Assembly: GCA_963848305.1 (NCBI GenBank)
Contig: CAWKDC010000001.1
Location: 384,001-448,000 of the forward strand
Source of the DNA: an uncultured Gammaproteobacteria bacterium
Lineage (GTDB): Bacteria > Pseudomonadota > Gammaproteobacteria > JABCZS01
Length of the DNA stretch: 64,000 nt
Direction of reading: 5' to 3'
Program-made: the position numbers and the translations under genes
Shown here: piece after piece, positions 30,172-41,324 of the stretch
How the letters are laid out: each line of letters starts with the position of its first letter
Numbering within the stretch: position 1 is the first letter of the stretch
Notes under the pieces: model-generated
Database searches by the model: none
What the model was told of the DNA's origin: nothing
Seen by the model: the letters and a program-made list of their open reading frames with translations, nothing else

Positions 30172-30202
30172 TGTAGGAGCGTAGCATGCTGCGCCCCTAC
30201 AA
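30172..30202. repeat. GTAG-type REP palindrome
   Basis: tgtaggagcgtagcatgctgcgcccctacaa. Confidence 0.8.
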
Positions 30203-30238
30203 GAAGACAATATCTTTTTTTATTCCAGGAGGTTCTTC

Positions 30239-30955
30239 ATGCCAACACTCACCATCAAAACTGTCTCTGGGGTCTTTGGTCTCGGTACTGCCGGGCTGAT
30301 TGCGCACAATGCTTTTGTCTATCATGACATGGGCAAAGACTTCGATTATTTCAACAACCTGGCTTTTTTGGGCAATGACGATCCGATAGTGGGCACGTTG
30401 ATATTGTTGGCGTCTCTGTCGGTATTATACAGTGCAGGGCTGGAATACAGTCGGTCAGCAGTGCAACGTAGCAAGAACGGCGGATGTGCTATCAGCAATA
30501 ACGAATTTGAGAATAAGTTCTATAAACGCTCATCATTCTTTGTTGATGCTGCAATGGCCACCCTCTTGGCTCTTGCCGTCTATGGCCTTGTCATCGGTGG
30601 ATTGTCGTCGTACGATGTGGACATGAAAGGATGGGTATCGACAGACATGGGGCTGAACCCCGAGCACAACCCAACAGATTGGCACAAATCGCTGTATTTT
30701 ATGGCGTATAGCTTGTTGGGGTTGGGCATGGTGTTTGGGCAGGCGGTGTGTGGAAAGGTGAGTAAATTAGTAACGGATTGGTGGGATTCGTTGGATGAAC
30801 CAGAAGAAAAAAAACAGAGGAAAGACGTAGGTGCTCTTCTTCGTAAAGCAAACACCAGTAACTCGAGCATACTTGGTACCGCTGATGATCCCCGCGCTGA
30901 TGGAATTAGCAAAAATAACATCGGGGGCGCCCCTACAAAAACAACACCGACTTGA
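30239..30955 (+). CDS. Unknown 4-TM membrane protein
   Basis: AGGAGG RBS, four hydrophobic segments, charged tail. Confidence 0.7.
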   Translation: MPTLTIKTVSGVFGLGTAGLIAHNAFVYHDMGKDFDYFNNLAFLGNDDPIVGTLILLASLSVLYSAGLEYSRSAVQRSKNGGCAISNNEFENKFYKRSSFFVDAAMATLLALAVYGLVIGGLSSYDVDMKGWVSTDMGLNPEHNPTDWHKSLYFMAYSLLGLGMVFGQAVCGKVSKLVTDWWDSLDEPEEKKQRKDVGALLRKANTSNSSILGTADDPRADGISKNNIGGAPTKTTPT

Positions 30956-31619
30956 CCAATCCCAATGTAATCCCCTGCTTCAACATCAAGGAAGCACGAT
31001 CGAGCTTGTCAAGTGCGAGTAATAATTCAGATACATCGCGAGAATAATGGTGCATCAAATAGTTCACCACGGTTTCTGGCAAACGCAAGCCACGCTGCTG
31101 TGCACGCCATTGCAAAATCGCGCGACGTTCATCGTCATTAGGGGATTTTAAACCGTAAATCAACCCCCAAGCTAAACGGGATTGTAAATCTGGTAGCGCA
31201 AAGGTCAGCGCATTCAACGGCGCGTTGGCCGAAAACACCAATCGGCAACCCAGCGATTTCGCGCGATTGTAAAAATGAAATAACGCTTCTTCCCAAGCGC
31301 GATCTTGCAATACAGCATCAATATTATCGAAACAAATGAGATCGGCATATTCTAATGCTTCCAAACATTCAACATCCAATCCCTTTTGATTGAGCGGCAA
31401 AAAATGTGCTTCACGTGACACCGAACGGGCCGCCATGAAAGTGGCTTCCAATAAATGTGTTTTGCCAGTGCCTTTAGGGCCAAATAAAAACAAACTTTGC
31501 TCACCCGTACCCTGCGCCATTGCGTTCAAGTCATGTAACAAGGCGTGATTATCTGTCACGAAATTGTGAAAGGTGGCGTCGTCTCGCAGTGAAACGCTGA
31601 GCGTCAGTTGCGTGGTCAT
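30933..31619 (-). CDS. hda: DnaA regulatory inactivator Hda
   Basis: QLTL clamp-binding motif, GTGKTHLL, WEEALFHFYN, LPDLQSRL. Confidence 0.95.
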   Translation of the reverse strand: MTTQLTLSVSLRDDATFHNFVTDNHALLHDLNAMAQGTGEQSLFLFGPKGTGKTHLLEATFMAARSVSREAHFLPLNQKGLDVECLEALEYADLICFDNIDAVLQDRAWEEALFHFYNRAKSLGCRLVFSANAPLNALTFALPDLQSRLAWGLIYGLKSPNDDERRAILQWRAQQRGLRLPETVVNYLMHHYSRDVSELLLALDKLDRASLMLKQGITLGLVKSVLFL

Positions 31620-32347
31620 GGGCTATTGTAACGGTAATAAAGGGTGATGGGAGGAGTAGTATCGTCGTCCTCGTCAGCGTGGGACAAAAAATTCCCTTGA
31701 TCGAGGAGTTGTTCTAAACGATCCACAGAATCCGCGAACGTGAATTGGAAAGTGACATTCGGAATACTCAGTTCAGATGTTTGCACATTGTCGACACCGG
31801 GCAAGGTATTCAAATAAGCATCCACGCGTAAATAAGCGTCCAAATCATTCACATCGGTGATCACCAACCAAATCTCTTTCAAGCCCGCACTGTTATGCGA
31901 TGCACCTGGCGCAGGTTCAACATATGCTGACAAATCTACCTCCTTCAGTGCACCATTGACCTCTGTGGGATTATAGTGAATTAACATGAACGAATGCTCA
32001 CCGGATTGTTGATATTGATACTGCTCAACCCAATCCGATGCATGGGCGATGGCCTCTTTCAAGGGAGGATAATCGTCGAGATTCGCATGCCCAGTGAGTT
32101 GCATGTAAACTTGGCGCAGGCCTGTTTGAAAAGCGGTGTCACGTGCTTCATCGGTGCGTGCCGTGACCTGTACCCGAACGGTGTATTGATCCGGCAAGGG
32201 GGCTGTTGTAGGGTCGGGCATGCCCATCTGCGCAGCGGCATCGAGCTGGTCACTAGACTGGCTATGGGGCGTCTCAAACATAGGGTCTGCGCAGGCAACA
32301 AAGCAGGCGACAAAACTGATGAGAAATAGACGAATAAATTTAGACAT
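31616..32347 (-). CDS. DUF2066-like exported protein or lipoprotein
   Basis: Signal with FVAC; ARDTAFQTGLRQV..LTG..VEQYQY; lies between purM and hda, where DUF2066 genes usually sit. Confidence 0.6.
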   Translation of the reverse strand: MSKFIRLFLISFVACFVACADPMFETPHSQSSDQLDAAAQMGMPDPTTAPLPDQYTVRVQVTARTDEARDTAFQTGLRQVYMQLTGHANLDDYPPLKEAIAHASDWVEQYQYQQSGEHSFMLIHYNPTEVNGALKEVDLSAYVEPAPGASHNSAGLKEIWLVITDVNDLDAYLRVDAYLNTLPGVDNVQTSELSIPNVTFQFTFADSVDRLEQLLDQGNFLSHADEDDDTTPPITLYYRYNSP

Positions 32348-32430
32348 GGAGCCCTCCTCCACTGATTCTAATGTGTCTTTCACAGATAAACAAGGTATAA
32401 TTCCGGTTCAACTTTGCAAAAGGGAACCGT

Positions 32431-33435
32431 ATGACCAAACCGACCACTTATGCCGACGCAGGCGTTAACATTGATGCCGGCAATGCCCTCGTTCAAAACA
32501 TCAAACCTATTGCGCGCGCGACCCAAGGCCCAGGCGTCCTGGGCGGGATTGGCGGTTTTGCGGCCCTGTTCGAGATGCCAGCAGGCTATGAAGCGCCCGT
32601 CCTGGTCTCATGCACTGATGGTGTCGGCACGAAGCTGGCCCTAGCGATTGGACTCAAAAAATTGGACACGATTGGCATAGATTTGGTTGCTATGTGTGTC
32701 AACGATCTGATCGTTTGTGGCGCTAAGCCATTGTTTTTTCTGGATTACTATGCAACAGGCAAGCTCAATGTCTTGCAAGCCACGCAAGTCATCAAAGGTA
32801 TTGCGGATGGGTTGAAGCAAGCAGATTGCGCATTGGTCGGCGGTGAAACTGCTGAAATGCCCGGCATGTATCAGCATGAAGATTTTGACCTGGCGGGGTT
32901 TTGTGTCGGTGTGGTTGAGAAGGCAGCCATCCTGGATGGGCAATCCATCCATGAAGGAGATGTTCTGGTGGCCTTGGGGTCATCGGTGCCGCACAGCAAT
33001 GGCTATTCCTTGATACGCCATATTTTAAATCAACAAAAATCATTCTTGTCCACGTCACTCGATAACGGGCAAACCTTGCAGGAAGCATTGTTAGCGCCCA
33101 CCCGTATTTACGTCAAGACCTTGTTGCCTTTGATTGAGGCAGGTCAAATCCATGGCCTCGCCCACATCACGGGGGGCGGTTTGGTTGAAAATGTTCCCAG
33201 GATCATGCCAGAAGGTTTGACCGCACAACTGTCCTATTCACAAGATGAATGGCCGCTGATTTTCAAATGGCTCCAAGTTCAAGGGCAAGTGGATGAAGCA
33301 GAAATGTTGCGTACGTTTAATTGTGGCATTGGGATGATTGTGGTCGTCTCGCCCAAAAACGCCGATGCGGTGGTGGCGCATTGCATCAAGGCCGGGGAGA
33401 AGGCGTGGGTAGTCGGGAAAGTTGCTCATGTATAA
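32431..33435 (+). CDS. purM: AIR synthase
   Basis: [43 protein letters not shown]. Confidence 0.97.
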   Translation: MTKPTTYADAGVNIDAGNALVQNIKPIARATQGPGVLGGIGGFAALFEMPAGYEAPVLVSCTDGVGTKLALAIGLKKLDTIGIDLVAMCVNDLIVCGAKPLFFLDYYATGKLNVLQATQVIKGIADGLKQADCALVGGETAEMPGMYQHEDFDLAGFCVGVVEKAAILDGQSIHEGDVLVALGSSVPHSNGYSLIRHILNQQKSFLSTSLDNGQTLQEALLAPTRIYVKTLLPLIEAGQIHGLAHITGGGLVENVPRIMPEGLTAQLSYSQDEWPLIFKWLQVQGQVDEAEMLRTFNCGIGMIVVVSPKNADAVVAHCIKAGEKAWVVGKVAHV

Positions 33436-34060
33436 CATTATTGCATTAGCGTCCGGTAACGGAAGCAATGTTCAAGCCATCATCGATGCGATCGAGCAAG
33501 AAAAATGCCCGGTGCATTTGTCTGCCGTGATCACAGATAATCCTGATGCTTACGTGTTAAAACGCGCAGAAGCCGCTGGGATTCCCACGTTTGTGTTGCA
33601 ACCTTATCCAAAAGAATCCAGCAGCACGTTCAATGAACGCCTCGCACATTTATTGCGCGCCTTACAATGTGATTTGATTGTACTGGCAGGTTATATGCGC
33701 ATTTTAAGCCCTGCGTTGGTGCGTGAGTTCGAGGGCCGTTTGATCAACATCCATCCTTCTTTGTTACCCAAATACAAGGGACTGGACACCCACACCCGCG
33801 TGCTTGCGGCAAAAGACTCGGTGCATGGCGCGACCGTCCATTTTGTGTCTGAGGGCGTTGATGCCGGCGCAATCATTGCCCAAACAGAAGTAGCCGTTAA
33901 ACCTTACGACACAGCTGAAACATTGCGCAAACGCGTGCTGTCCCGCGAACATAAATTATATCCCCAGGTCATCACCTGGTTCGCCAATGGCAAAGTGCAG
34001 TTAAAAGATGGGAAAGTCAGTGTGGGTGGCGTGCCAGGTGGGGTTAAAATATCATTTTAG
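33428..34060 (+). CDS. purN: Phosphoribosylglycinamide formyltransferase
   Basis: [30 protein letters not shown]. Confidence 0.96.
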   Translation: MYNIIALASGNGSNVQAIIDAIEQEKCPVHLSAVITDNPDAYVLKRAEAAGIPTFVLQPYPKESSSTFNERLAHLLRALQCDLIVLAGYMRILSPALVREFEGRLINIHPSLLPKYKGLDTHTRVLAAKDSVHGATVHFVSEGVDAGAIIAQTEVAVKPYDTAETLRKRVLSREHKLYPQVITWFANGKVQLKDGKVSVGGVPGGVKISF

Positions 34061-34345
34061 TGCGCAGCCACTCCAAATGACATACGGCTCAAACACATGC
34101 TCTGCTTCAATCACATGATCCACCAATTCATCTGGATGCAAGAAAATGATATGCCCGCCCTCTTCCTGGCTCGTTAGATAAAATTCTGCATCTTCCATCA
34201 CCTCGAAACGATCGGCAGGGAGAATCTTTCCCTTGACCTGGTGGGCTTTCCACGCGTTTTTTGCGTCCTCAGGAGTTTCGGCAAAGACATACCCACACAA
34301 GGTGTCTTGAAAGAAAACTTTATAAACCTGCCAGTGATAGATCAT
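34052..34345 (-). CDS. Hypothetical protein
   Basis: 97 aa ORF with AGGA RBS; no family recognised. Confidence 0.55.
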   Translation of the reverse strand: MIYHWQVYKVFFQDTLCGYVFAETPEDAKNAWKAHQVKGKILPADRFEVMEDAEFYLTSQEEGGHIIFLHPDELVDHVIEAEHVFEPYVIWSGCALK

Positions 34346-34370
34346 TTTTATTATCCTGTATTATTTTATG

Positions 34371-34679
34371 TTACCAAGTCAGCAATTCCCATTGTGTGTC
34401 AGTGTTGGTTTCTTCAGCATTGTCCAATGGGTCTGGGGCTTCATTCTCATGTGGAACGATGGCGTAAGGCTCCCCGATATTAGGGTTAACCAGCTCTCCC
34501 CGCTTGCCATCTAATGTGATATAGGGGGTCAGTAAGGGGGGCTTTTCTTGCCCAGGAATATCGAGTTTGACCGGAGGCGCATCATTATCATGGGCCTCAG
34601 CAAGGGGCACCTCAGTAGATGAGGCTGCCTGCACAGTGACCCCAAACACAAGACTGATGAGCAATATGGCGTATTTCAT
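34371..34679 (-). CDS. Hypothetical exported protein
   Basis: Signal peptide ending VQA, acidic mature region. Confidence 0.6.
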   Translation of the reverse strand: MKYAILLISLVFGVTVQAASSTEVPLAEAHDNDAPPVKLDIPGQEKPPLLTPYITLDGKRGELVNPNIGEPYAIVPHENEAPDPLDNAEETNTDTQWELLTW

Positions 34680-34767
34680 TGTTATAACCCCTGTTTATAT
34701 TAATTTTACTGACATAGGGTAAGGATAGCACAGAAGGTGGGAATGTGAATTGAAAATTGCGCAGTGT

Positions 34768-34794
34768 TGCAGGGGTCCAGCAAGCTGAACCCTA
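34768..34794. repeat. REP palindrome overlapping the dcd stop codon
   Basis: tgcaggggtccagcaagctgaacccta; similar to 63471-63496. Confidence 0.65.
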
Positions 34795-35355
34795 TGCCTG
34801 GGGCAACGTCACACCCATCTGCCCCTGGTACTTCCCTGCCCGGTCTAGATAGGAGACATTGCAAACCTCTGAGGCTTCGAGGAATATCAACTGGGCAACG
34901 CCTTCGTTGGCATAAATTTTTGCCGGCAACGAGGTCGTATTTGAGAACTCAAGGGTGACATGACCTTCCCATTCAGGTTCTAACGGCGTGACGTTCACAA
35001 TGATACCGCAGCGGGCATAGGTCGATTTTCCCAAACAAATGGCCAGCACATTGCGGGGAATGCGGAATGTTTCCACGGTCCGCGCCAATGCAAAAGAGTT
35101 GGGGGGAATGATACAGACATCGGATTTCACATCCACGAAGCTGTTTTCATCGAAATTTTTTGGATCGACAATCGCTGAATTGATGTTCGTGAACACTTTA
35201 AACTCATCCGCACAGCGAATATCATAGCCATAACTGGATACGCCGTATGAAATCACTTTTTCACCATTCACGCGACGCACTTGCTCTTTCTCAAAGGGCT
35301 CAATCATGCCCAAGCGAGCCATACGAATGATCCATTCATCACATTTAATCGACAT
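34792..35355 (-). CDS. dcd: dCTP deaminase
   Basis: [32 protein letters not shown]. Start is MSIKCD at 35355. Confidence 0.96.
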   Translation of the reverse strand: MSIKCDEWIIRMARLGMIEPFEKEQVRRVNGEKVISYGVSSYGYDIRCADEFKVFTNINSAIVDPKNFDENSFVDVKSDVCIIPPNSFALARTVETFRIPRNVLAICLGKSTYARCGIIVNVTPLEPEWEGHVTLEFSNTTSLPAKIYANEGVAQLIFLEASEVCNVSYLDRAGKYQGQMGVTLPQA

Positions 35356-35368
35356 AATATATTTCTCC

Positions 35369-36230
35369 TTACTGATCAATTTTTCCAGTGACCACAATTT
35401 TTCCAAACTTCGATGCAAAATTCTCTTTTTTCGAGGCCAAACGCGCTGCCACCGCATTGGCCATCTCGATAAATGCTGGGGAAACAAAAGGCTTCCCTGC
35501 ATCCATATGTTCACGCACTTGAATATCCAAGGGGAGAGACGCCAATAGGGGGAGATCATACTGACGCGACATGCGTGCGGCGCCGCCTTCCCCAAAAATT
35601 GCCTCTGTGTGACCGCAATGACTGCATTGGTGCGTCGCCATGTTTTCCACAATCCCCAGCACCTCAATGCCGGTTTTACGAAACATGGCATAAGCCTTTC
35701 GAGCGTCTAACAATGCAATGTCTTGCGGCGTAGTGACAATCACCGCACCGGCAACGGGAATTTTTTGAGCCATGGTTAATTGAATATCGCCTGTGCCCGG
35801 CGGCAGGTCAATCAATAAATAATCCAAGTTATCCCACACGGTGTCTTGCAACATTTGCATCAAGGCGCCGCTAACCATAACGACCGCGCCAAATCATGGC
35901 CGTGTCTTGTGTGTTTAAAAGATAAGCGATAGACATGGTTTGGATGCCATGGCAATCAATAGGCTTCATTTTTTTGTCGTCCAGAGCCTCTGGGTGAACC
36001 TCCCCGGCACCCAGCATCATGGCCTGGCTTGGGCCGTAGATATCTGCGTCCAGCACGCCTACGCGGGCACCGGCTTGATGCAGGGCATGGGCCAGGTTGG
36101 CGGTCACGGTAGACTTCCCTACCCCACCTTTCCCTGAGCCAATGGCAATGATATTCTTAATTCCGGGAATGGGTGACAGGCCGTTTTGGACGGTACGAGA
36201 CTTAATTATGGGTGGTACAGGCTCTGGCAC
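35369..36230 (-). CDS. apbC: Mrp/ApbC Fe-S carrier ATPase (apparent frameshift ~35880)
   Basis: [22 protein letters not shown]|MVS (canonical WRGPM), [16 protein letters not shown]. Confidence 0.92.
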
Positions 36231-36299
36231 TCGCTCTCCTATTGTAGGTATGGGAGTTTAGCACTACAATAGCGCATCCATCAAGAAGGCAATCACATT

Positions 36300-38351
36300 A
36301 TGACACGCACAAAACTTATCACCAACGCCCTGCCTTATGCGAATGGGCCTTTGCACCTCGGGCACCTGCTCAGCATGATTCAGGCCGACGCCTGGGTTCG
36401 ATTTTTGCGCATGCGGGGTGAAACCTGTTATTTCTTCTGCGGGGATGATGCGCACGGCACGCCCATCATGCTCAAAGCCCGTGAACAGGGAAAAACCAAT
36501 GAGGAATTGGTTGGGGAGATCTATGCGTCACACGTGAAAGACATTCATGGATTTGGCATTCAATTTGATCAGTATCACACCACGCATAGCCCCGAAAACG
36601 AGGAACTGTCCAGTGCGATATTTCTCCATTTAAAATCAAAAAACCATATTGATAAAAAAACAATCACTCAAGCATACGACCCGGAAGAAAAAATGTTTTT
36701 GCCCGATCGTTATGTGAAAGGGACATGCCCAAAATGCGACGCGCCTGGTCAATATGGTGACAGCTGTGAAGTATGCGGCGCAACATACAGCCCGCTTGAT
36801 CTGAAAGATCCTGTGTCAGTCATTTCAGGTGCCACACCGATTCAAAAAGACAGTGAACATTATTTTTTCAAACTCACCGCTTTTGAATCCGCTTTGAAAA
36901 CATGGATGCAGCAAGGCTCCCTTCAAAAAGAAGTGATCAACAAATTGAAAGAATGGTTTGAAGCAGGATTGCAAGATTGGGACATCACTCGTGATGCCCC
37001 GTATTTTGGTTTTAAAATCCCAGGCGAAAACGATAAATATTTCTATGTATGGATGGATGCCCCCATTGGATATTTCTCCAGCATGATGCATTACAGCAAA
37101 ACCCATCCCGAATTTGATTTTGAAAATCTGGTCAAGCCTGGCCATGCAGACCTTTATCATTTTGTCGGCAAAGACATCATATATTTTCATGCGCTTTTTT
37201 GGCCTGCGATGTTGATGGGTGCCGGTTACAATACACCAGCCGGTATTTTCACCAATGGGTTTGTGACCGTGAATGGCCAAAAAATGTCGAAGTCACGCGG
37301 AACATTTATTGAAGCCTCGTCCTACCTCAAGCGTTTCAACCCTAATTATCTGCGCTATTATTTCTGTGCAAAATCATCCGCCACATTGGACGATATCGAT
37401 TTCGAGGCCAATGATTTTACGGCGCGCGTCAACAGCGATTTGGTCGGCAAATATGTGAACATTGCATCGCGTTGTGCTCCATTCTTAAAATTACATTTCA
37501 ATAATACGTTGGGCGATAGTTATGATCATACGCTGATCAATCTTGTCACGCAGGAAAGCGAAGTGATTGCAGGATATTATCAAACACGTGAATTTGCGAA
37601 AGCCACCCGTGAGATCATGCGCTTGGCAGATGAAGTCAATGCCTACATCGCAACGACCAAGCCATGGGAAGTCGCCAAAACAGGGGATAAAACTGCATTG
37701 CACCACATTTGCACAACGGCGATCAACGCGTTCCGTTTGCTGAGCTTATACTTAACCCCGATTGTGCCTGATCTCACACAAAAGGCAGCAGCATTTTTAA
37801 ATACTGATTTTCACACGTGGCATACGCATCCCATGCTGAGCCACACCATCCATGATTATGCACCGATGATCGGCCGCATTGATTTAACAGAGGTAATGGC
37901 TATGACGAAAGATAATCCTACGGTGACAACCCCTACGCCTGATGCGCACGGGCGAAAGCATGCGCCCCTACAAGGGGGTGAAGACCCACAAACCCCCGCA
38001 TCACCCACACCTGCAACGCCTGAAATTCAAATTGATGATTTCATGAAGATTGATTTGCGTATTGCTAAAATCATTGAAGCAGAGAGTGTCCCAGAAGCAG
38101 ACAAGCTGGTTCGTTTGGTGCTGGATTTGGGATCAATGGGTACACGACAAGTGTTTGCCGGGATCAAATCTGCATATTCACCCGAACAATTGCTTGGAAA
38201 GTTCACCGTCGTTGTGTCGAATTTGAAGCCTCGAAAAATGCGTTTCGGGATGTCTGAAGGCATGGTATTGGCCGCCTCTGGTGATGAAGGCTCAGGTATT
38301 TATTTGCTTCAGCCTCATGAAGGCGCGCAGCCTGGGATGCGGGTGAAATAA
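36300..38351 (+). CDS. metG: Methionine--tRNA ligase with C-terminal tRNA-binding domain
   Basis: [11 protein letters not shown], zinc knuckle, KMSKS, DLRIA..SEGM. Confidence 0.97.
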   Translation: MTRTKLITNALPYANGPLHLGHLLSMIQADAWVRFLRMRGETCYFFCGDDAHGTPIMLKAREQGKTNEELVGEIYASHVKDIHGFGIQFDQYHTTHSPENEELSSAIFLHLKSKNHIDKKTITQAYDPEEKMFLPDRYVKGTCPKCDAPGQYGDSCEVCGATYSPLDLKDPVSVISGATPIQKDSEHYFFKLTAFESALKTWMQQGSLQKEVINKLKEWFEAGLQDWDITRDAPYFGFKIPGENDKYFYVWMDAPIGYFSSMMHYSKTHPEFDFENLVKPGHADLYHFVGKDIIYFHALFWPAMLMGAGYNTPAGIFTNGFVTVNGQKMSKSRGTFIEASSYLKRFNPNYLRYYFCAKSSATLDDIDFEANDFTARVNSDLVGKYVNIASRCAPFLKLHFNNTLGDSYDHTLINLVTQESEVIAGYYQTREFAKATREIMRLADEVNAYIATTKPWEVAKTGDKTALHHICTTAINAFRLLSLYLTPIVPDLTQKAAAFLNTDFHTWHTHPMLSHTIHDYAPMIGRIDLTEVMAMTKDNPTVTTPTPDAHGRKHAPLQGGEDPQTPASPTPATPEIQIDDFMKIDLRIAKIIEAESVPEADKLVRLVLDLGSMGTRQVFAGIKSAYSPEQLLGKFTVVVSNLKPRKMRFGMSEGMVLAASGDEGSGIYLLQPHEGAQPGMRVK

Positions 38352-38740
38352 TGCGCTCGCACGTCGCCTCCATTCGGGAAGACAGTTGCATTGGTTGCAC
38401 CAAATGCATCGCTGTTTGCCCAACAGATGCGATTGTTGGAGCGTCAGGACTTGCGCATACCGTTATCACAGATTTGTGCATAGCATGTGATTTATGTTTG
38501 CCGCCCTGCCCTGTGAATTGTATTGACCTTGTGCCTGTAGAGCGTGATTCAACGGATCAGAAGGCGCGCACTTTGGCAGCCAAGTCAAGGATCCAGGCAC
38601 GGATTAAACGATTGGCAGTGATGGCGGAACATGAAGCGGCAACCGCATCGACATTGCGTGCAAAAACACCGGAAGAGCGGAAAGCAGAGATAGCCAAAGC
38701 GATCGAAAGGAGTCAACATGGTATCATCCCAAGAAGCTAA
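38351..38740 (+). CDS. RnfB/RsxB-like 2x[4Fe-4S] ferredoxin lacking the N-terminal domain
   Basis: [12 protein letters not shown] and [16 protein letters not shown], then a charged helix. Confidence 0.8.
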   Translation: MRSHVASIREDSCIGCTKCIAVCPTDAIVGASGLAHTVITDLCIACDLCLPPCPVNCIDLVPVERDSTDQKARTLAAKSRIQARIKRLAVMAEHEAATASTLRAKTPEERKAEIAKAIERSQHGIIPRS

Positions 38741-38993
38741 AGAGAACACTTTCATTAACTCAATAGCATTAGGGCTAAGCGTAGGTTTTGTCGTCACGGC
38801 GATTTTGTGCGGCATGTATGGTGAGTGGGAATATCGTCCAATTGATGATGTCAATTTTGGCGTTCTCAGGCAAACCCATCATGAATACTGGATGTATGCT
38901 CCCCTGGGTGCCGGGATTGTTTTAGGGTTATTGTGTGGGTTGTGCCAAAATTTAAATGCACCCCCGTCCGTAAAACGGCGTCTTTTTTCTTGA
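38718..38993 (+). CDS. Small 2-TM hypothetical protein
   Basis: AAGGAG RBS and two hydrophobic segments. Confidence 0.55.
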   Translation: MVSSQEAKENTFINSIALGLSVGFVVTAILCGMYGEWEYRPIDDVNFGVLRQTHHEYWMYAPLGAGIVLGLLCGLCQNLNAPPSVKRRLFS

Positions 38994-39054
38994 TATCGTC
39001 ATCTCGGAAAACCGCGTAAGCGTCCAGGGCGCCACGCGGGTTTCTGACAAATCA

Positions 39055-40416
39055 TTATTCATTAAAATTATCAAACTTCTTCACCACCGGCGCCAAATTC
39101 ATCGTCAATTGCGTATTGATGATATCGCCATAGAGATGTCCCGTTCCTGTATTTCTAATATAGGCGACTGGATCATAGTGATTGATATCCACTTCCTGGA
39201 AGAACGAATGTGCATAACCCACTTCTAGGCGCACGACTTTATTAAACTGATACGCGCCACTCACGCCCAAGACCCACACATCTGAATCAGGGAAGTCTAC
39301 GTTGACGTATTGATCATTCACAGGACTGAAATCAAACTTGACACCCGCACTGGTGCGGAATTGCTTCGTCCATTGGTAAAAAACAGCCCCGCCGAATCCA
39401 AAAGTATTGCTGTAACCCTGCTGTGCGTCAAAATCACCCGCATTGACGACATTTTGAAAACTGATCTTATCGAAGTAATCCCATTCTGTATATTCCATAC
39501 TGGCCGCGATATCCAAGCGAGGCATAATTTGGTGGTAAACCGCTAAACTGTAAATGGGGGGTAGATCAAATTCAATCTCAAAATCATTGTCATTCAAGGG
39601 ACCAAAATTAGGAATACCTGATCGGTTCACTGCAGAGTAACTGTCCCCATCGCCTTTCATGTTGACAGGGGGACGATAGTTAAACCCAACACGACTATGG
39701 TTGTTGTTGAATTGATACAACATGCCAGCATGCCAGCTGACACTCCAACCCGATGCGGTGAGGTGTGAGAAAATGCTGGGAAGTGTGATCGGTTCGGGAG
39801 GAAATGGTTCTGGCAATTCAATCGCAAATGGATAGAGGTTTTCTGCAGAAAAATCGAGTCGAATCGCATCAATGCCTACCCCAATCGAAAACTGATCAGT
39901 GATTCTAATACCGAATGAATTCGCGATATCCCAAGTAATGAGCATGCCGTGGGTGACCGTTGAACCCACAATCGAATCATCCCCATAATTCACACTTTGA
40001 CCAAACGGATTGGTTAAGCTGAAGCCGTAAATCAACCAATCATTGATCGGGTACGAAAAATGAATCGCCAACAATGGCACATTGAGTTTTGCATGCGCAT
40101 CGCCAAAAAAAGTTGAATCGATGACAAGATAATCGCCATTAGGTAACTCTTCTTCAGGTGGATGCACCCGCACCATGCCTTCAAATTCAGTCGATGTGAA
40201 TGCAGGATTAACCGCGACAACCAACTCAGGATCTTTGACACGAACCAAACCTGCGGGATTTGTGAAACCTGTAGAGGCATCTTCTGCCAAGGCGGGGCCA
40301 CTTGCCGCACCAGGGACACCCAAACCATTGTCGATCGGCACGCGCAAACCTGAAGCTTGTGACAATAATGGAAGCAATGTTAAAAGCATAAACGCTGGGC
40401 GGACAATCCTTTGCAT
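39055..40416 (-). CDS. FadL/OmpP1-family outer membrane transporter
   Basis: AEDAST..NPAGL, PFG, amphipathic beta strands, PDSD. Confidence 0.88.
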   Translation of the reverse strand: MQRIVRPAFMLLTLLPLLSQASGLRVPIDNGLGVPGAASGPALAEDASTGFTNPAGLVRVKDPELVVAVNPAFTSTEFEGMVRVHPPEEELPNGDYLVIDSTFFGDAHAKLNVPLLAIHFSYPINDWLIYGFSLTNPFGQSVNYGDDSIVGSTVTHGMLITWDIANSFGIRITDQFSIGVGIDAIRLDFSAENLYPFAIELPEPFPPEPITLPSIFSHLTASGWSVSWHAGMLYQFNNNHSRVGFNYRPPVNMKGDGDSYSAVNRSGIPNFGPLNDNDFEIEFDLPPIYSLAVYHQIMPRLDIAASMEYTEWDYFDKISFQNVVNAGDFDAQQGYSNTFGFGGAVFYQWTKQFRTSAGVKFDFSPVNDQYVNVDFPDSDVWVLGVSGAYQFNKVVRLEVGYAHSFFQEVDINHYDPVAYIRNTGTGHLYGDIINTQLTMNLAPVVKKFDNFNE

Positions 40417-40558
40417 GAGAAATCCCTTTTAGAATGTTGCAGTGAGAGTAAGTTACACGAAAATTGATCGTATGTAAAGTATAAGGGCGCAGCCTTCGCC
40501 GAAACAAACACCGAGCAGATTCGGGATGACGAGGCGAGCGAGGGAACGCCCCTACAAG

Positions 40559-41260
40559 TTACATTATCTCATACGTCACGACAACTGCGCCCGACACCGT
40601 GATCTCTCCTGGAATCACTGGCGTGTTCGCATCCATCGGTGATGCCGCCATCATCATGCGTTCAGATTTGTACAAAGGCCCTGGACCGTTATTCATCGTG
40701 CTGATCGTCATGATTTTGCCGAGCGTCACGCCTGCCATCGTGGCCATTTGCGCGGCGTCGGCTTTCGCTTTCTGAATCGCCATCAATGTTGCTTGTGTGG
40801 TGACAGAGTCCATATCACTGCGGGAAAATTGCAAGGATTGAATTTGGTTGCTGCCTGCATTGGATGCGATGTCCACCAATGAGCCCACATTTTTGAGATC
40901 AGTGGTTTGCACACGCACTTGGTTGGTTGCTTCATAACCGGTCAATGAAGACTTGCGCGTTTTGTCGTCATATTGATAAGAAGGAGTGACTTGATAATTG
41001 CCTGTTTGCAATTTACCCGTCGTGCCCAACGCTTTTTGCAAGGCATCTACCACTGTTTGCATGCGCGTGGCATTCTGAGTGACTGCTTCTTTTGCTGTCA
41101 TCGCTTGCGTGGTCACGGCAATGTTAATATACGCAATATTGGGAGGAACTTTCATGTCAGCAGAAGCAGTAAGCTCTAACGTTCTCGCGGATGGAGTATT
41201 ATTCGCAGCGAAACCAGAGACAGTGAAAACAGTCAGGAGAATTAACAGGATTGAACGCAT
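40559..41260 (-). CDS. SIMPL (DUF541/YggE) domain protein
   Basis: Signal peptide, VPPNIA, GYEATN, AGSNQI, PGEITVS..V.YEI. Confidence 0.88.
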   Translation of the reverse strand: MRSILLILLTVFTVSGFAANNTPSARTLELTASADMKVPPNIAYINIAVTTQAMTAKEAVTQNATRMQTVVDALQKALGTTGKLQTGNYQVTPSYQYDDKTRKSSLTGYEATNQVRVQTTDLKNVGSLVDIASNAGSNQIQSLQFSRSDMDSVTTQATLMAIQKAKADAAQMATMAGVTLGKIMTISTMNNGPGPLYKSERMMMAASPMDANTPVIPGEITVSGAVVVTYEIM

Positions 41261-41324
41261 AAGTCACCTCGTGTGAATGGGTGACAACAATGTGGCACAG
41301 GGTTGAGGTGCTGTCAAGCCTTCA

